A DNA stretch of 64,000 nt from positions 1-64,000 of IMG/VR virus record IMGVR_UViG_3300027969_000055; one strand, written 5' to 3'. Source of the stretch: a virus. Each line of letters begins with the position of its first letter. Positions within the stretch are counted from its first letter, which is position 1. The notes beneath the pieces are model-generated. The model saw only the letters and a program-made list of their open reading frames with translations. It did no database searches and was not told the DNA's origin. Below, in pieces: positions 27,414-37,483 of this stretch. The position numbers and the translations under genes are program-made.

Positions 27414-29093
27414 TTAAAGTTGTCCTTTAGCTCCAACCTCAGAAGAGGTTTCACCAGTTGGGGCAGTTTCTCCAGCTGGAGCAGCAGGTGCTCCGCCGGC
27501 TGCTGCCGCTCCTCCACCTGAACCAGCGGCAGCTTCTGCGGCTTGGCCAAAGGCAGCTAAATAGTTACGATTCTTTTCAATATCTTCATCACTTAGTTTT
27601 AAGTATTCTTTAATTAGATACTCGGTTGAGAAGTACGGTTTGTTTTCATCGTCAACTACAGCTTTCATTGCGTTAAGAGTAGCAAGACGTTTATTCAATA
27701 ATTCTTGATTCTTGATTTCTTCAAACACATTATCATCATGCCATACCATACCAACAGCATTTGCAAATTTATGATCAGCTTTAAGATCCTTAACATCTAA
27801 ACACATTTGTAAATAAAGAGGTTTTGTAATAAGTTCTTTATATGCAGAACGTAAGCGCTTTACAAATTTATTGTATCTGATCTCTTCTCGTGAAATACCT
27901 TCAGCATTCATAGTATATGCACCTTGACCTTCAGACCAACGTGAATAAGGTAATTTAGAGTCAAGCTTTAATTTATCATGGAAGTACTTTAATAATTCTG
28001 AACCTGATAAATTTGGGCCAGGATATTCAAGAGCTTCAATCTCAATTTTTTCTCCACGATCATTTACTGGAAGAACGTAATTTTTATAGAATAGAATATT
28101 AGGTTTACCATCGACACTTAATTCTCCAGTAGAACCATCAAATGAAATATCTTCTTTTAGGGTATTTGTAAATTCCCTAACGTCTTCTTTGGCTTTTTGC
28201 ATTGACTTGGTTCCAACTGGAACGGTTGTCTTTAAACGAATTGGAGCATTCATTGTATGCCAAATAACCTTAGAGTGTTCAATTAAGCGAAGTAGGTTAA
28301 ATGATCTAACTAAACGTTCAACAAAACTTACCCGCTTTGTCCTAAATTCGTTTGAGTACGAGATATAGATTATTTGAGAGTCAGTTAAGGTACGATTCAT
28401 TTTATTTAATGGATCACGTTGAGCCCATTGTAGATAAATCAAACCAGCTGCATCCTTTTTAACTTCAGGATAGAGAGTGGATGGATCTAATTCTTTGAAT
28501 CCAATAATATCTTTGGGATTAGATAAATTATCGTAAATAATTTCAAAAGCCAAATGGCCTTCAATTAACCATTGATAAAAATACTGCCATGCAGAAATAC
28601 CACGGTCAAAACTCCAAGCACTATAAATCTTTTCAAAATTTTCACGGTACTTATCAATTACCTTTTCTTGGTAGTTTAACCGCTCTTCTTTATTTTTACC
28701 GCGATAATTAATTTCACCAACTAGGTCATTTGGATAACAGAATCGATTATCTTCATCATATACAATTGCGTCATCCGTAATGGTCTCAATTATAAACTCA
28801 ATTTCGCCATTTGATGCAAGATCACGAAGGCGTTCTCTTTTTTGAACATAATCTAATTGGAAAAAGGCAATTGACTTGTTTTTTAATGATGAAGTTGTAT
28901 CAGATAAGGCAAGAGTTGCTCGCATTAAGTCATCTCCCATTGCATTATTAAAGCCAGTCATCTGGCCTTCAATATAACCAATTGCTTGAGAGTTTTTTAC
29001 CAAAAGGTCGTCGTACTTCATACCAAAACGGCTTAGAGCGGTTAAACCTGATCTAAGGCCTCTTAATGGGTTACTATCTAAAAATCCTGCCAT
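27414..29093 (-). CDS. gp20: portal protein (T4 gp20-like)
   Basis: FYQWLIEG, NLLRLIEHSKVIW...AP, KYFHDKL...LPYSR, ISREEIRYNKFVKRLR. Confidence 0.85.
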   Translation of the reverse strand: MAGFLDSNPLRGLRSGLTALSRFGMKYDDLLVKNSQAIGYIEGQMTGFNNAMGDDLMRATLALSDTTSSLKNKSIAFFQLDYVQKRERLRDLASNGEIEFIIETITDDAIVYDEDNRFCYPNDLVGEINYRGKNKEERLNYQEKVIDKYRENFEKIYSAWSFDRGISAWQYFYQWLIEGHLAFEIIYDNLSNPKDIIGFKELDPSTLYPEVKKDAAGLIYLQWAQRDPLNKMNRTLTDSQIIYISYSNEFRTKRVSFVERLVRSFNLLRLIEHSKVIWHTMNAPIRLKTTVPVGTKSMQKAKEDVREFTNTLKEDISFDGSTGELSVDGKPNILFYKNYVLPVNDRGEKIEIEALEYPGPNLSGSELLKYFHDKLKLDSKLPYSRWSEGQGAYTMNAEGISREEIRYNKFVKRLRSAYKELITKPLYLQMCLDVKDLKADHKFANAVGMVWHDDNVFEEIKNQELLNKRLATLNAMKAVVDDENKPYFSTEYLIKEYLKLSDEDIEKNRNYLAAFGQAAEAAAGSGGGAAAAGGAPAAPAGETAPTGETSSEVGAKGQL

Positions 29094-29102
29094 TTATTTG
29101 TT

Positions 29103-29768
29103 TTATTTTATTTCAAAGAGTGAAAAACTTGATCTAGCCGATATCATTTTATCAGTTGAATAGTTTGCTAAGTGTAGTTTAGGAACATCATTCCAATCTA
29201 TTAACGACAAATTTCGCATCTTTTCTCTATTATATTTATTCACCAGAAGATTGAATTTAATATCGGGTAAACCAGATATAGCTTTAATAAAGTCTAAGTT
29301 AATTCTATAAAAGGCAGAAAGTTCACTCATTCTGAGCCGTTTATCAATATCAATCAAGGTTCCATCTGAATAGCATTTATCAAGCAAATTTGCAACCTGC
29401 TTAAGATACATTCTGATAAACTTTTTACGCAAAGGTTGTGACATTAGCTTGACATTTAAACCAAAGCCGTCAGTACTTAGCGCCAAAAAGATTGGCCGAT
29501 TATCGTAAAATGGCTTTTTAACCTTTGGATATCTCTCAATTAGCGAATTTTCTCTAGTTGATGGGTTTTTCATCATTTCGTATTCGTCCCAAGTTGGGAC
29601 CTGGTCAGGACCGATTGGGTCAAGCTCTATGTGAGTATAAAAATGCCCAGGCATTAAAAAGGTCTTTGATGTATTGGTATTTGAACCAAATATATGATTT
29701 GGATTTGGACTAAACTCTGGGTCTGTTCCATTTTGATAAAAATCCTTTAATTTCTCTAATTGATTCAT
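29103..29768 (-). CDS. gp2: DNA end protector-like protein (T4 gp2-like)
   Basis: PGHFY...PFYDNRPIF...GLNVKLM..PLR; adjacent to gp4 as in T4. Confidence 0.55.
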   Translation of the reverse strand: MNQLEKLKDFYQNGTDPEFSPNPNHIFGSNTNTSKTFLMPGHFYTHIELDPIGPDQVPTWDEYEMMKNPSTRENSLIERYPKVKKPFYDNRPIFLALSTDGFGLNVKLMSQPLRKKFIRMYLKQVANLLDKCYSDGTLIDIDKRLRMSELSAFYRINLDFIKAISGLPDIKFNLLVNKYNREKMRNLSLIDWNDVPKLHLANYSTDKMISARSSFSLFEIK

Positions 29769-29777
29769 TTATATCTT

Positions 29778-30284
29778 TTATATTGATTTGAACAGAAAGT
29801 TTTCGGTTATTATGCCAAATTTTAAACCTCGTACTGATGCAAATTCTTTAGCAGCTTCAAATTTAGCCTGGTTCACAATATATTGCTTTGCCGCATATAC
29901 ATAATTGGCAGTTTGCTTATCAGTCATTCTGGCTGGAGCAGTTGGCGGTTTTGTATACTTATCAGGTTTTACTTCAATTAGCCAAGACTGTTCATTACCA
30001 TCATTGTCCTTAGTTGTAATATAGAAGTCAATATAATAAGTGTGACCTCGCTTATCTAATGGAGAATAGTACGGAATTCCAACGGGTTCACTTGAGTACT
30101 TAATAACGGTTGGACTATGATCACACCAATTAAGGAATTTAAACTCCCAAGAACTTCTAAATATAATTTTAGTTGGATCTCCGATGTATTTTGAAAGATC
30201 TGATGGTCTAAAATAGCCCTGTCTAATTTTGCCGGCTCTAGGTTTTAGGAAGTCCTGAATCTTCTTTGGATCTTTAGGTTTCAT
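29778..30284 (-). CDS. gp4: head completion nuclease (T4 gp4/TnsA-like)
   Basis: KYIGDP..IIFRSSWE, YSSE, YYIDF, IEVKP, NQAKFEAA, ITE. Confidence 0.9.
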   Translation of the reverse strand: MKPKDPKKIQDFLKPRAGKIRQGYFRPSDLSKYIGDPTKIIFRSSWEFKFLNWCDHSPTVIKYSSEPVGIPYYSPLDKRGHTYYIDFYITTKDNDGNEQSWLIEVKPDKYTKPPTAPARMTDKQTANYVYAAKQYIVNQAKFEAAKEFASVRGLKFGIITENFLFKSI

Positions 30285-30292
30285 ATAGTTAT

Positions 30293-31414
30293 TTATAGGT
30301 ATGCCATGTCAAACACGGAATCGCTAAAATAACTGTTGAGCCAAAGGTTAAATTCGTTAAGTGAATATTGAGAATCCCTATCATGAATATAGCAAAATAG
30401 ATCATTAATATCCTTTACTTTATTTAATGAAACTTGGTCATCAACTGAACTAAATTTTCTTTTTAGGTCGCCGATTGCTTTATTCCATAAAAATACTGAA
30501 TAACCTTGTTTTATAAAGTTCATCATTTGGGTTTTACCGGCCTTATCTCGATCAAATAGGACTTGAGTTGCGCCTTTTGCTCCAAGATTAGAAAAAATAC
30601 TTCTGGCCTTTGATGCTCCGGAAGTTGCAATTGCGTTATCTACAAACAGGGAGTCAAATTGACCCTCAGTCATTCGGATAGGTTTACTAAAATCAATATT
30701 TAAGATATTGAAATAGTTATTTAGGAAATTTGCATCCTCTACTAATTCTTTGGTTAAACCCTTTTGCGAAAATATTTGAGAAAGGTCAGTATATGATTTA
30801 ATAATATATTTACGCTCAGTATTTGGATCAAGATTACGAATTGAAAATCCTAATAATTTACCTGATCGTCTGTCAAAATTAAAAATATAAACTTTATTAT
30901 CAGACGAGTCAGTATAGAGACAATCTCCAAAATCTTCAATTAAATTAAGCCCTCTACCTTTTATGTATTGATATGCAGTAGAAGTTTCTTCAACTAGATC
31001 AAGCCTTTTTAAAGAAAATCGGTTAATTACATCAGTTATTTTAACCAATTGTGAAGTATCAGAAGTTAAGAATCGGATTAATTGATTTTCAGTTCGCTTT
31101 GCTTGAACTGGTTTGTACTCATCCTCTAAAATAAAACTTGGCAACATTATTCCATGTTGCTTACTCATGTTTGCTACAAATTCCCCAACCGTCATGTATG
31201 CCATGCATCCATCGTTAAAACATTTGTATGCGCCAGTATCTAAATAGAGATTACCTCTCTTCTTAGAGACTTTTTTGTCAGAGTCACCACAAATCGGACA
31301 AGCAAAATTTAATTTACGCCCAGTATCGCCATCAATTTTCTGTTTTTCTGGAACATCATGAAATCTCTTACGTAGAAGTGTTTCAATGAATGCGGTTATT
31401 TCCTCAATCTTCAT
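30293..31414 (-). CDS. gp61: DNA primase (T4 gp61-like)
   Basis: Zn finger CPICGDS...CFNDGC; TOPRIM EGQFDS and FDRD. Confidence 0.8.
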   Translation of the reverse strand: MKIEEITAFIETLLRKRFHDVPEKQKIDGDTGRKLNFACPICGDSDKKVSKKRGNLYLDTGAYKCFNDGCMAYMTVGEFVANMSKQHGIMLPSFILEDEYKPVQAKRTENQLIRFLTSDTSQLVKITDVINRFSLKRLDLVEETSTAYQYIKGRGLNLIEDFGDCLYTDSSDNKVYIFNFDRRSGKLLGFSIRNLDPNTERKYIIKSYTDLSQIFSQKGLTKELVEDANFLNNYFNILNIDFSKPIRMTEGQFDSLFVDNAIATSGASKARSIFSNLGAKGATQVLFDRDKAGKTQMMNFIKQGYSVFLWNKAIGDLKRKFSSVDDQVSLNKVKDINDLFCYIHDRDSQYSLNEFNLWLNSYFSDSVFDMAYL

Positions 31415-33026
31415 TAGTTACAGGCACCTTCTTTACAGGCTTTGGTTTTATTGCGCTTTTGTAAGCTTTGTCGAGATCATATCCCATTTTGGAATAATCT
31501 TTTCCTGTTTTAACAGCTTTTTCATATTTGTCAGTCTGTAACCATACTCCGCCATCTGGTGCATTAATTTCAGTCCAACCATTCTCTGCTAAATAGGCTT
31601 CCATAACTTCGTGTGGAATTGCAAATGGATCACTCACTTCAATACCTTTCTTTTTTCCAACTCGGTCTCTATATTTAGCAAGTTCATGCTTTGGAACAAT
31701 TACCGTATTTAGGCCGTATTTAGAAATAGCTGAAATATAGGTTGTAAATAATTCTGGCGGTACTTGTAAATCTGGATTGCCAATGAATGCTTGACAACTT
31801 TCTGGAATTTCGCAATACTCTAAAGTTTCAGTATTTACTGAATATAGTGGGAATGTTTCGTCTGGTGTAAAATCTTTACTACGGCTTCTAGATTTAACTA
31901 CTTCAATTTTTCGGGTTAATTTTGGAGTTAATTCAGTAAATCCAATTGCAACCAATAATTTATTGATTGGCTCGATAATTAATCTAAAGAACTGTTGGTC
32001 GCGATCCATAGGTACGGCAATTTCTTCAGGATAAGAACCTGGAGCATAGGCAAAAATATCAAAATCATATGCATTTTGTGCTGCATAATAAAATTTAATT
32101 TTTGAACCGCTACGAATTAGTGGATACTTTTGATTGTTTGTTGATTTAATTAAGTGATTATGATAGGCAACTGCTCTACCGTAAATTGGCATCCCGGTTT
32201 CTAATACTAACGGTACTAAACTTTTTAGGTACTCTTCATAAACTCTAACTGAGAAGTTAAATGCAATTTCTTCAACTGGTAAAGCATCACATTCAGTTTT
32301 TAGTGCTGCTAGTTTTGGGATAAGATCGCCTTCTAAGTCAATGTTATAACCAATATCAAGTAGATAGGAATAAAGTGTTTGTAGATGTTGTCTTGCCCAA
32401 ACTGGATATGAAGCTTGAATTGCTTCAAGGCCTTTAATAATTAATGATTCTTTGTCTAAAAGACGTTCGTGCTTATTATCTTTATATGAAACCTTTAAAA
32501 TATATTTTTTCTTAGCTAACCAAATTCCAGATCTAGATAAATTTTCAAGTTCAAAATTCTGGCGATTATCGGTATTAAAATGAACTGCATATTTTTCAAA
32601 TGCTTGTTCAAAATAATTTTTAAGTCGATGGCGGTTAATTGCCAAACAAAATTCAAGGGATTGAGTCTCAGTTAATTCAAAATCTTCAATAGATTTAATT
32701 GCATAGTCAAAACATACGTAAACTGAATCAGTATCTGTATATACAGCGGCTTCTTTCTCAACTCGATTAATGGTTTTACCTGAAATACCTAATTTCTCGT
32801 GAAGTTCTGTATCAAGGTGCCACTTTTGTTGAAAATAGTGGTTAATTGCCTTGATTGAAAATTTAATTAGGTCTTGACCCTGTAAAGTAATAGACTGAGC
32901 TATTTCGTTATTATGAAAATAGAAATACTTATTACCAAATGCACCGTAAAATGAGTTAATTAAGATCTTGATTGCATTTTGCTTTAAATCGAGTGACTTT
33001 ATTTGTTGTTCTAGCTGTTTTGACAT
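31404..33026 (-). CDS. gp43: family B DNA polymerase, C-terminal subunit (split polymerase)
   Basis: Begins at motif B KILINSFYG; motif C YTDTDS, KKKY, KGLE; no exonuclease or motif A. Confidence 0.85.
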   Translation of the reverse strand: MSKQLEQQIKSLDLKQNAIKILINSFYGAFGNKYFYFHNNEIAQSITLQGQDLIKFSIKAINHYFQQKWHLDTELHEKLGISGKTINRVEKEAAVYTDTDSVYVCFDYAIKSIEDFELTETQSLEFCLAINRHRLKNYFEQAFEKYAVHFNTDNRQNFELENLSRSGIWLAKKKYILKVSYKDNKHERLLDKESLIIKGLEAIQASYPVWARQHLQTLYSYLLDIGYNIDLEGDLIPKLAALKTECDALPVEEIAFNFSVRVYEEYLKSLVPLVLETGMPIYGRAVAYHNHLIKSTNNQKYPLIRSGSKIKFYYAAQNAYDFDIFAYAPGSYPEEIAVPMDRDQQFFRLIIEPINKLLVAIGFTELTPKLTRKIEVVKSRSRSKDFTPDETFPLYSVNTETLEYCEIPESCQAFIGNPDLQVPPELFTTYISAISKYGLNTVIVPKHELAKYRDRVGKKKGIEVSDPFAIPHEVMEAYLAENGWTEINAPDGGVWLQTDKYEKAVKTGKDYSKMGYDLDKAYKSAIKPKPVKKVPVTNED

Positions 33027-33095
33027 ATCTTGTTATACTTGACTTTGCATATTTTGGTTTAATATACTAATAAATAACCTAAAAGTTAACGAACG

Positions 33096-33707
33096 GTGAA
33101 AGAAATCACTAAAGACGAACGCTTGATTAATCGAACCTATCCATTTTTGGCAAATTTCCCATTTAGGGATGAATTTACTATGGAAATTGCAAACTCCCCG
33201 GTTCTTGCAGCAATGTTCGATGATGAATTTGAACCGGTTAGAACCTCCAAATCACCAACTGTAATTGATTTTATCCATACAGCTAGCCCAATAAAATCAA
33301 AAATTTCAATATTTAAAGAAGATTTACTCTGGATAGATGAAGTGTCGAGCTCAGTTAAAAAACTCGATAAGATTGCTAAACAAATCGATCGTGGACTAAA
33401 ATCAAAGGATTTATTGGTAAAACGAAATATTTCAATTGAAACTGACGAGTGGTTAACTAGTGTATCTGATCCAAAGAGTGGATTAAGTCGAGAAGTTTTT
33501 AATGAAGTGCTTGGCAGCCTTGTATCAAACATGCCAATTACAAAAGTTACGGAACTTGTAAATACCGTAAATAAACTATACTTAAAAAAGGGAATAATCA
33601 AACTATCTCAAACTGATGCAAACTTGATATTTACGTTTATTCATTTTAGACTAATTTATGCAAAGCTTATTTTAGGAATAGTAATTTCATCAAAAATATC
33701 AATATAA
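33096..33707 (+). CDS. hypothetical protein
   Basis: GTG start after ATAAATAA 33070. Confidence 0.65.
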   Translation: MKEITKDERLINRTYPFLANFPFRDEFTMEIANSPVLAAMFDDEFEPVRTSKSPTVIDFIHTASPIKSKISIFKEDLLWIDEVSSSVKKLDKIAKQIDRGLKSKDLLVKRNISIETDEWLTSVSDPKSGLSREVFNEVLGSLVSNMPITKVTELVNTVNKLYLKKGIIKLSQTDANLIFTFIHFRLIYAKLILGIVISSKISI

Positions 33708-33710
33708 CAA

Positions 33711-34088
33711 ATGCAGCAATTAGATGAATTTATTGAGTATCTCTATACGGTTGAAGAAAATTCAACCTCTCTAAACCAAGATCAAGTAAAAAAACTTCAA
33801 ATGATTCAGTCAAAGGTTACTGATATTGTAAATAAAGTTGAATCTATTGCAACTAATGCAGTTAATCAATTACAGCCAGCCACCCAACCTCAACTAGAAT
33901 TACAATTAGCTGAAAATTCAGTATTTAGATTTGGTGAATTTGCTCAGATTAACGAGAAGATTGTACACCGTGGTAACAAATGGGTTGTTATGAATAAAAA
34001 GGGTACTAAAGTTTTAGGTACGCATCCAACTAGAGAAAAAGCAGTTAAACAGTTACAGGCAATTGAAATAAGTAAAGCTAGTCACTAA
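33711..34088 (+). CDS. hypothetical protein
   Basis: FRFGEFAQINE followed by basic module KWVV..KVLGTHPTREKAVKQLQAIE. Confidence 0.7.
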   Translation: MQQLDEFIEYLYTVEENSTSLNQDQVKKLQMIQSKVTDIVNKVESIATNAVNQLQPATQPQLELQLAENSVFRFGEFAQINEKIVHRGNKWVVMNKKGTKVLGTHPTREKAVKQLQAIEISKASH

Positions 34089-34858
34089 TGAAATTACAAA
34101 GATTCCAACAGTTTATTAATGAGGCCAACCGCTGGTCAGAGGATCCATTCTTATACGCTCAATATGCAGAGTTGTTTACTGATTTTGGTTTTGAAGCAGA
34201 CATTCCTGACCTGATTCATGCAGTTGAACAAAAATGGACTGACTTAAAAAACAACTATTGGTGGAATAGAGAAGGCCGACACTGGCGCAAAGATCATTTT
34301 GCACTTGACGTAAAGGTACACTCTTGGCCAGAGGCTGATACTGTTAGAGAAATACTAGGAGAACCGGATATGCCAGAAGAGGCAATTGATGATGAATGGT
34401 GGGTATGGATGAATGACACACGTGAAGGATTCGTTGACGACCTGTTTAGTCTCTATCCATGGATTGATGATATTAGTTGGGGAGGTAAAAGCGGCGGATG
34501 GTTATTATTAGCTCCACCTCATGAAGCTGAAGATGTACGTACTGATATTGATGACAGTTGTCAGGAATATGAACGTATTAAGGATGAAATAAAAGAAACC
34601 GGGGAGTTTGAAGAATTAGTAAATCAATCAAATGAAATTGACTATCAAGAATTAAAAGAGTTAGGGTTAGCCGATGAACTTTCTGAGATTGATGAGTTAG
34701 TAAAGGAATATGAGACAATTAAAGCATACTTAACTAAAGAGTTAACTGACTTAGCTCAATGGGAAGTTGACATGGAAGCAATACAAGCCAGAGTTAGTAA
34801 ATTTGAAGATAACGCTGAAGAATATTTTTATTTATGGTTAAAGAGTAGAGAAGATTAA
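34088..34858 (+). CDS. acidic hypothetical protein (putative internal head protein)
   Basis: MKLQRFQQFINE; GGKSGGWL. Confidence 0.7.
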   Translation: MKLQRFQQFINEANRWSEDPFLYAQYAELFTDFGFEADIPDLIHAVEQKWTDLKNNYWWNREGRHWRKDHFALDVKVHSWPEADTVREILGEPDMPEEAIDDEWWVWMNDTREGFVDDLFSLYPWIDDISWGGKSGGWLLLAPPHEAEDVRTDIDDSCQEYERIKDEIKETGEFEELVNQSNEIDYQELKELGLADELSEIDELVKEYETIKAYLTKELTDLAQWEVDMEAIQARVSKFEDNAEEYFYLWLKSRED

Positions 34859-34864
34859 AGATAA

Positions 34865-34928
34865 ACGGACTTAGGACCGTAATAGCCTCGGCTATTTGAA
34901 CCTCTCGATATCGCTATCCGGGAGGTTC
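34865..34928 (+). ncRNA. candidate small structured RNA (three consecutive hairpins)
   Basis: ACGG-ACTTAGGA-CCGT; AATAGC-CTCG-GCTATT; GAACCTC...GAGGTTC followed by T-rich tail; strand inferred. Confidence 0.45.
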
Positions 34929-34935
34929 TTCGTTT

Positions 34936-36471
34936 TTATCGACCAATAAATTTAGTAAGATCAAATCTGTGTTTGCTGACAATAAATTTCTCTTTAAGAT
35001 AAATGGTTTCTCTGGCTTTTCCGTGTTTTACAATATAGCCATCAAGATCATCAATTAAATCGTATACTGTAACTTCATGTTTTCCAGCAAGCTTACGCAT
35101 ACCTCGACCAATTGCTTGGCGAATTGTAACTTCTGATTTATAGCTCTCAGCAAAGATAATTTGGTTAACCCGCTTTAGGTCAATACCTGTAGCAAAAGTA
35201 CCATAGCTTGCAACAATGACTGCTCCAACTTCACGTTCCATCGCCTCTTTATAATCAGCACGGTCTCCTCCATCAACCCCACCGTCTATATAATATGCAT
35301 GTTCATTCCACTCTTTTATCTTATCACAAATACGTTGGCCGTATTGATCCTTTACGTTAATGAATAGAATTAGGGTATTACCGCCAAGTTTTTGGACAAA
35401 TGAAGAAATAAACTCAATTCGAGGTTCATATGAAATAATAAATGCACGCTCTGCATCAAATAATTCCTTACCGGCTTTACCTGATTCTCTAAGTGCTTTA
35501 TATTCTCTAACAAATGGCTCAGTTATTGGATAGTCTAGGTTAACCATTTTAATATAGACATTTGGTGAGTGCTCTTGATCAATTAAGAAACTTGACTTAA
35601 GCGTCATGCTTAATGGACCTAAGAATTCTTGAATCTTGAAAAAATCTGAATATTGTTCTTCAATTTTAATTGTACCTGAAAGTCCAAGTTTATATTCAAC
35701 ATTAGTTGATGCCAATAAAATATCTTTAATTGAAGCGCCTCTTGAGGTATGGCACTCGTCAATACAAATAACTGAAAATCGTTTAAAGAATTCAGGTTCT
35801 TTATTTTTTAAACTTTGATATGTAGAAATAACCAAATCAGCCTCTTCAAATTTTTCTTCAGAATATTTGTTTTGACCGCCTACTGATAGCACTGAATAAT
35901 TCATTAGGCCAGTATGGTAATCCTTTTCAAATTTCTCGGCAGTTTGGCCGACTAGCGAAATATTAGGAACTACGATTAGTGCTTTTTTATCTTTAGTGAT
36001 AATCCCTTTACGTTTTAGAAAAGAAATATAAATGTATAGGATTAGGGTTTTACCAGCAGAAGTTGCAAGTTCCTGAGAACAAAATTTATATTTTAAGGCT
36101 CGATGAGCTGCTTCAAGTTGATAATCATATGCATCAATTGGTAAACCGTCTAATAATACAGACGCAAATTTATCTAGTTGTTCTTTAGTAAATGATAGGT
36201 TAAGTAGATCATCTAAGCCATCAATGTTTATTTCGTAATCATATTTCTTGCCGAAATTAATAATTTCCTTCCATAAACCAACACCAATCTTAAGATCTAC
36301 ATCAATAAATTTATCATAACCATCCCATAATTTTCGTTTGTACAGCTTATTAAAATGATAGCCTTTTTGTCTTTTCCTAAAATATAGTTGCAAGTCCTTA
36401 AGCTCGCGCTTCATTTCGTGCTTAACTAATTGTAGGTGCTGACGGTCATTGGTTAATTTAAAAGTTAACAA
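34936..36471 (-). CDS. uvsW: UvsW-like DNA helicase
   Basis: YQLEA, ATSAGKT, DECH, LSGT, ATGID, QAIGRGMR. Confidence 0.88.
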   Translation of the reverse strand: MLTFKLTNDRQHLQLVKHEMKRELKDLQLYFRKRQKGYHFNKLYKRKLWDGYDKFIDVDLKIGVGLWKEIINFGKKYDYEINIDGLDDLLNLSFTKEQLDKFASVLLDGLPIDAYDYQLEAAHRALKYKFCSQELATSAGKTLILYIYISFLKRKGIITKDKKALIVVPNISLVGQTAEKFEKDYHTGLMNYSVLSVGGQNKYSEEKFEEADLVISTYQSLKNKEPEFFKRFSVICIDECHTSRGASIKDILLASTNVEYKLGLSGTIKIEEQYSDFFKIQEFLGPLSMTLKSSFLIDQEHSPNVYIKMVNLDYPITEPFVREYKALRESGKAGKELFDAERAFIISYEPRIEFISSFVQKLGGNTLILFINVKDQYGQRICDKIKEWNEHAYYIDGGVDGGDRADYKEAMEREVGAVIVASYGTFATGIDLKRVNQIIFAESYKSEVTIRQAIGRGMRKLAGKHEVTVYDLIDDLDGYIVKHGKARETIYLKEKFIVSKHRFDLTKFIGR

Positions 36472-36485
36472 AGTAGTTGATAATT

Positions 36486-36929
36486 TTAATGTCCATCCAA
36501 TAGTTTTTGGACATCTAATCGTGTTTTTATTCCAAACAGAACAGCATCAGTTGTTTTAATTGACTCTGCATAGAAGGCAATTTGATTTTCAATCTGTTCT
36601 AATTTTTCTTTGATAGTTGCAGTTTTACCGTCAACTATCGTATTCTTTTCATTGGTACCATATCGAATTTGATGATTCTTTGAAGCATCAACCCATTCTT
36701 CACCTTTCTTTTCTCGATAAGTCTTCTTTAATTGAGTAAAGTGCTCAATTAGGGTATGATTTTCTTCTAATAATCGCTGGCGTAGACTTAGGAAGGTAAC
36801 TTGAGCTTCCGGTATCTTTCGGATATTCTCAAGTAACTTGATTCCAATATAAATTTCGCCAGAAAAAGATTCTCTCTTTTCTCTGAATACTTCAGCAATC
36901 GTTCTTTTTTGGGGAGTTTGTTCTTCCAT
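36486..36929 (-). CDS. putative UvsY-like recombination mediator
   Basis: Helical 147-aa protein directly upstream of uvsW; FGIKTRLD C-terminus. Confidence 0.5.
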   Translation of the reverse strand: MEEQTPQKRTIAEVFREKRESFSGEIYIGIKLLENIRKIPEAQVTFLSLRQRLLEENHTLIEHFTQLKKTYREKKGEEWVDASKNHQIRYGTNEKNTIVDGKTATIKEKLEQIENQIAFYAESIKTTDAVLFGIKTRLDVQKLLDGH

Positions 36930-36961
36930 CTAAATATTTTATCAAAAAGCCTAGTTAAGTT

Positions 36962-37432
36962 TTAACTAACGAAAGAATAATATACTCCTTCTATTTGATA
37001 AAAGTCCGATAAAAAGTCTGTAATTGTGGTACTTGCATAAATAGTATCGCCAAGTGGATGGCTGTCTCCGTTCTTATAGAATACAGATACGCCTCCATCA
37101 TACAGACACACTATTGAATCTAAGTTATAGTGCTTTATTGAACCTTTTGCCATGTTCTTAAATTCATCGTCTGTCACTTCAGTATCATGGTTAGTAACAA
37201 AGATACTTGGAAAACTACGTTTCATTCTGTAACCTGAACTTTCAATTGAATGTATCACTTGTAGAACGTAACTTAATTTACCGTATGAATCAAGGTCGGC
37301 TAAGACTTTATTATATTGATCTGGATCCGTAAAGTTGTAAACAACAAACGGTCGCTGGTTTTGCACACAATCTCTAACCAGGTTGTACCTGTTTCCATTG
37401 TATTCTCTGGTATGTCGTATTGATCTGCTCAT
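36962..37432 (-). CDS. hypothetical protein
   Basis: ORF after minus-strand ATAAATAA (37462-37469). Confidence 0.65.
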   Translation of the reverse strand: MSRSIRHTREYNGNRYNLVRDCVQNQRPFVVYNFTDPDQYNKVLADLDSYGKLSYVLQVIHSIESSGYRMKRSFPSIFVTNHDTEVTDDEFKNMAKGSIKHYNLDSIVCLYDGGVSVFYKNGDSHPLGDTIYASTTITDFLSDFYQIEGVYYSFVS

Positions 37433-37483
37433 TATTTAGTATATTAGATAAAACTACTAGGTTATTTATCAGTAAAATATTCC

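Noticed and set aside
31404-33026. Intein or group I intron splitting the polymerase
   Set aside because: No Cys/HN splice motifs, homing endonuclease or upstream exon in the window
34865-34928. tRNA gene
   Set aside because: No acceptor stem enclosing the hairpins, no TTC T-loop and no CCA; no tRNA recognised anywhere in the window
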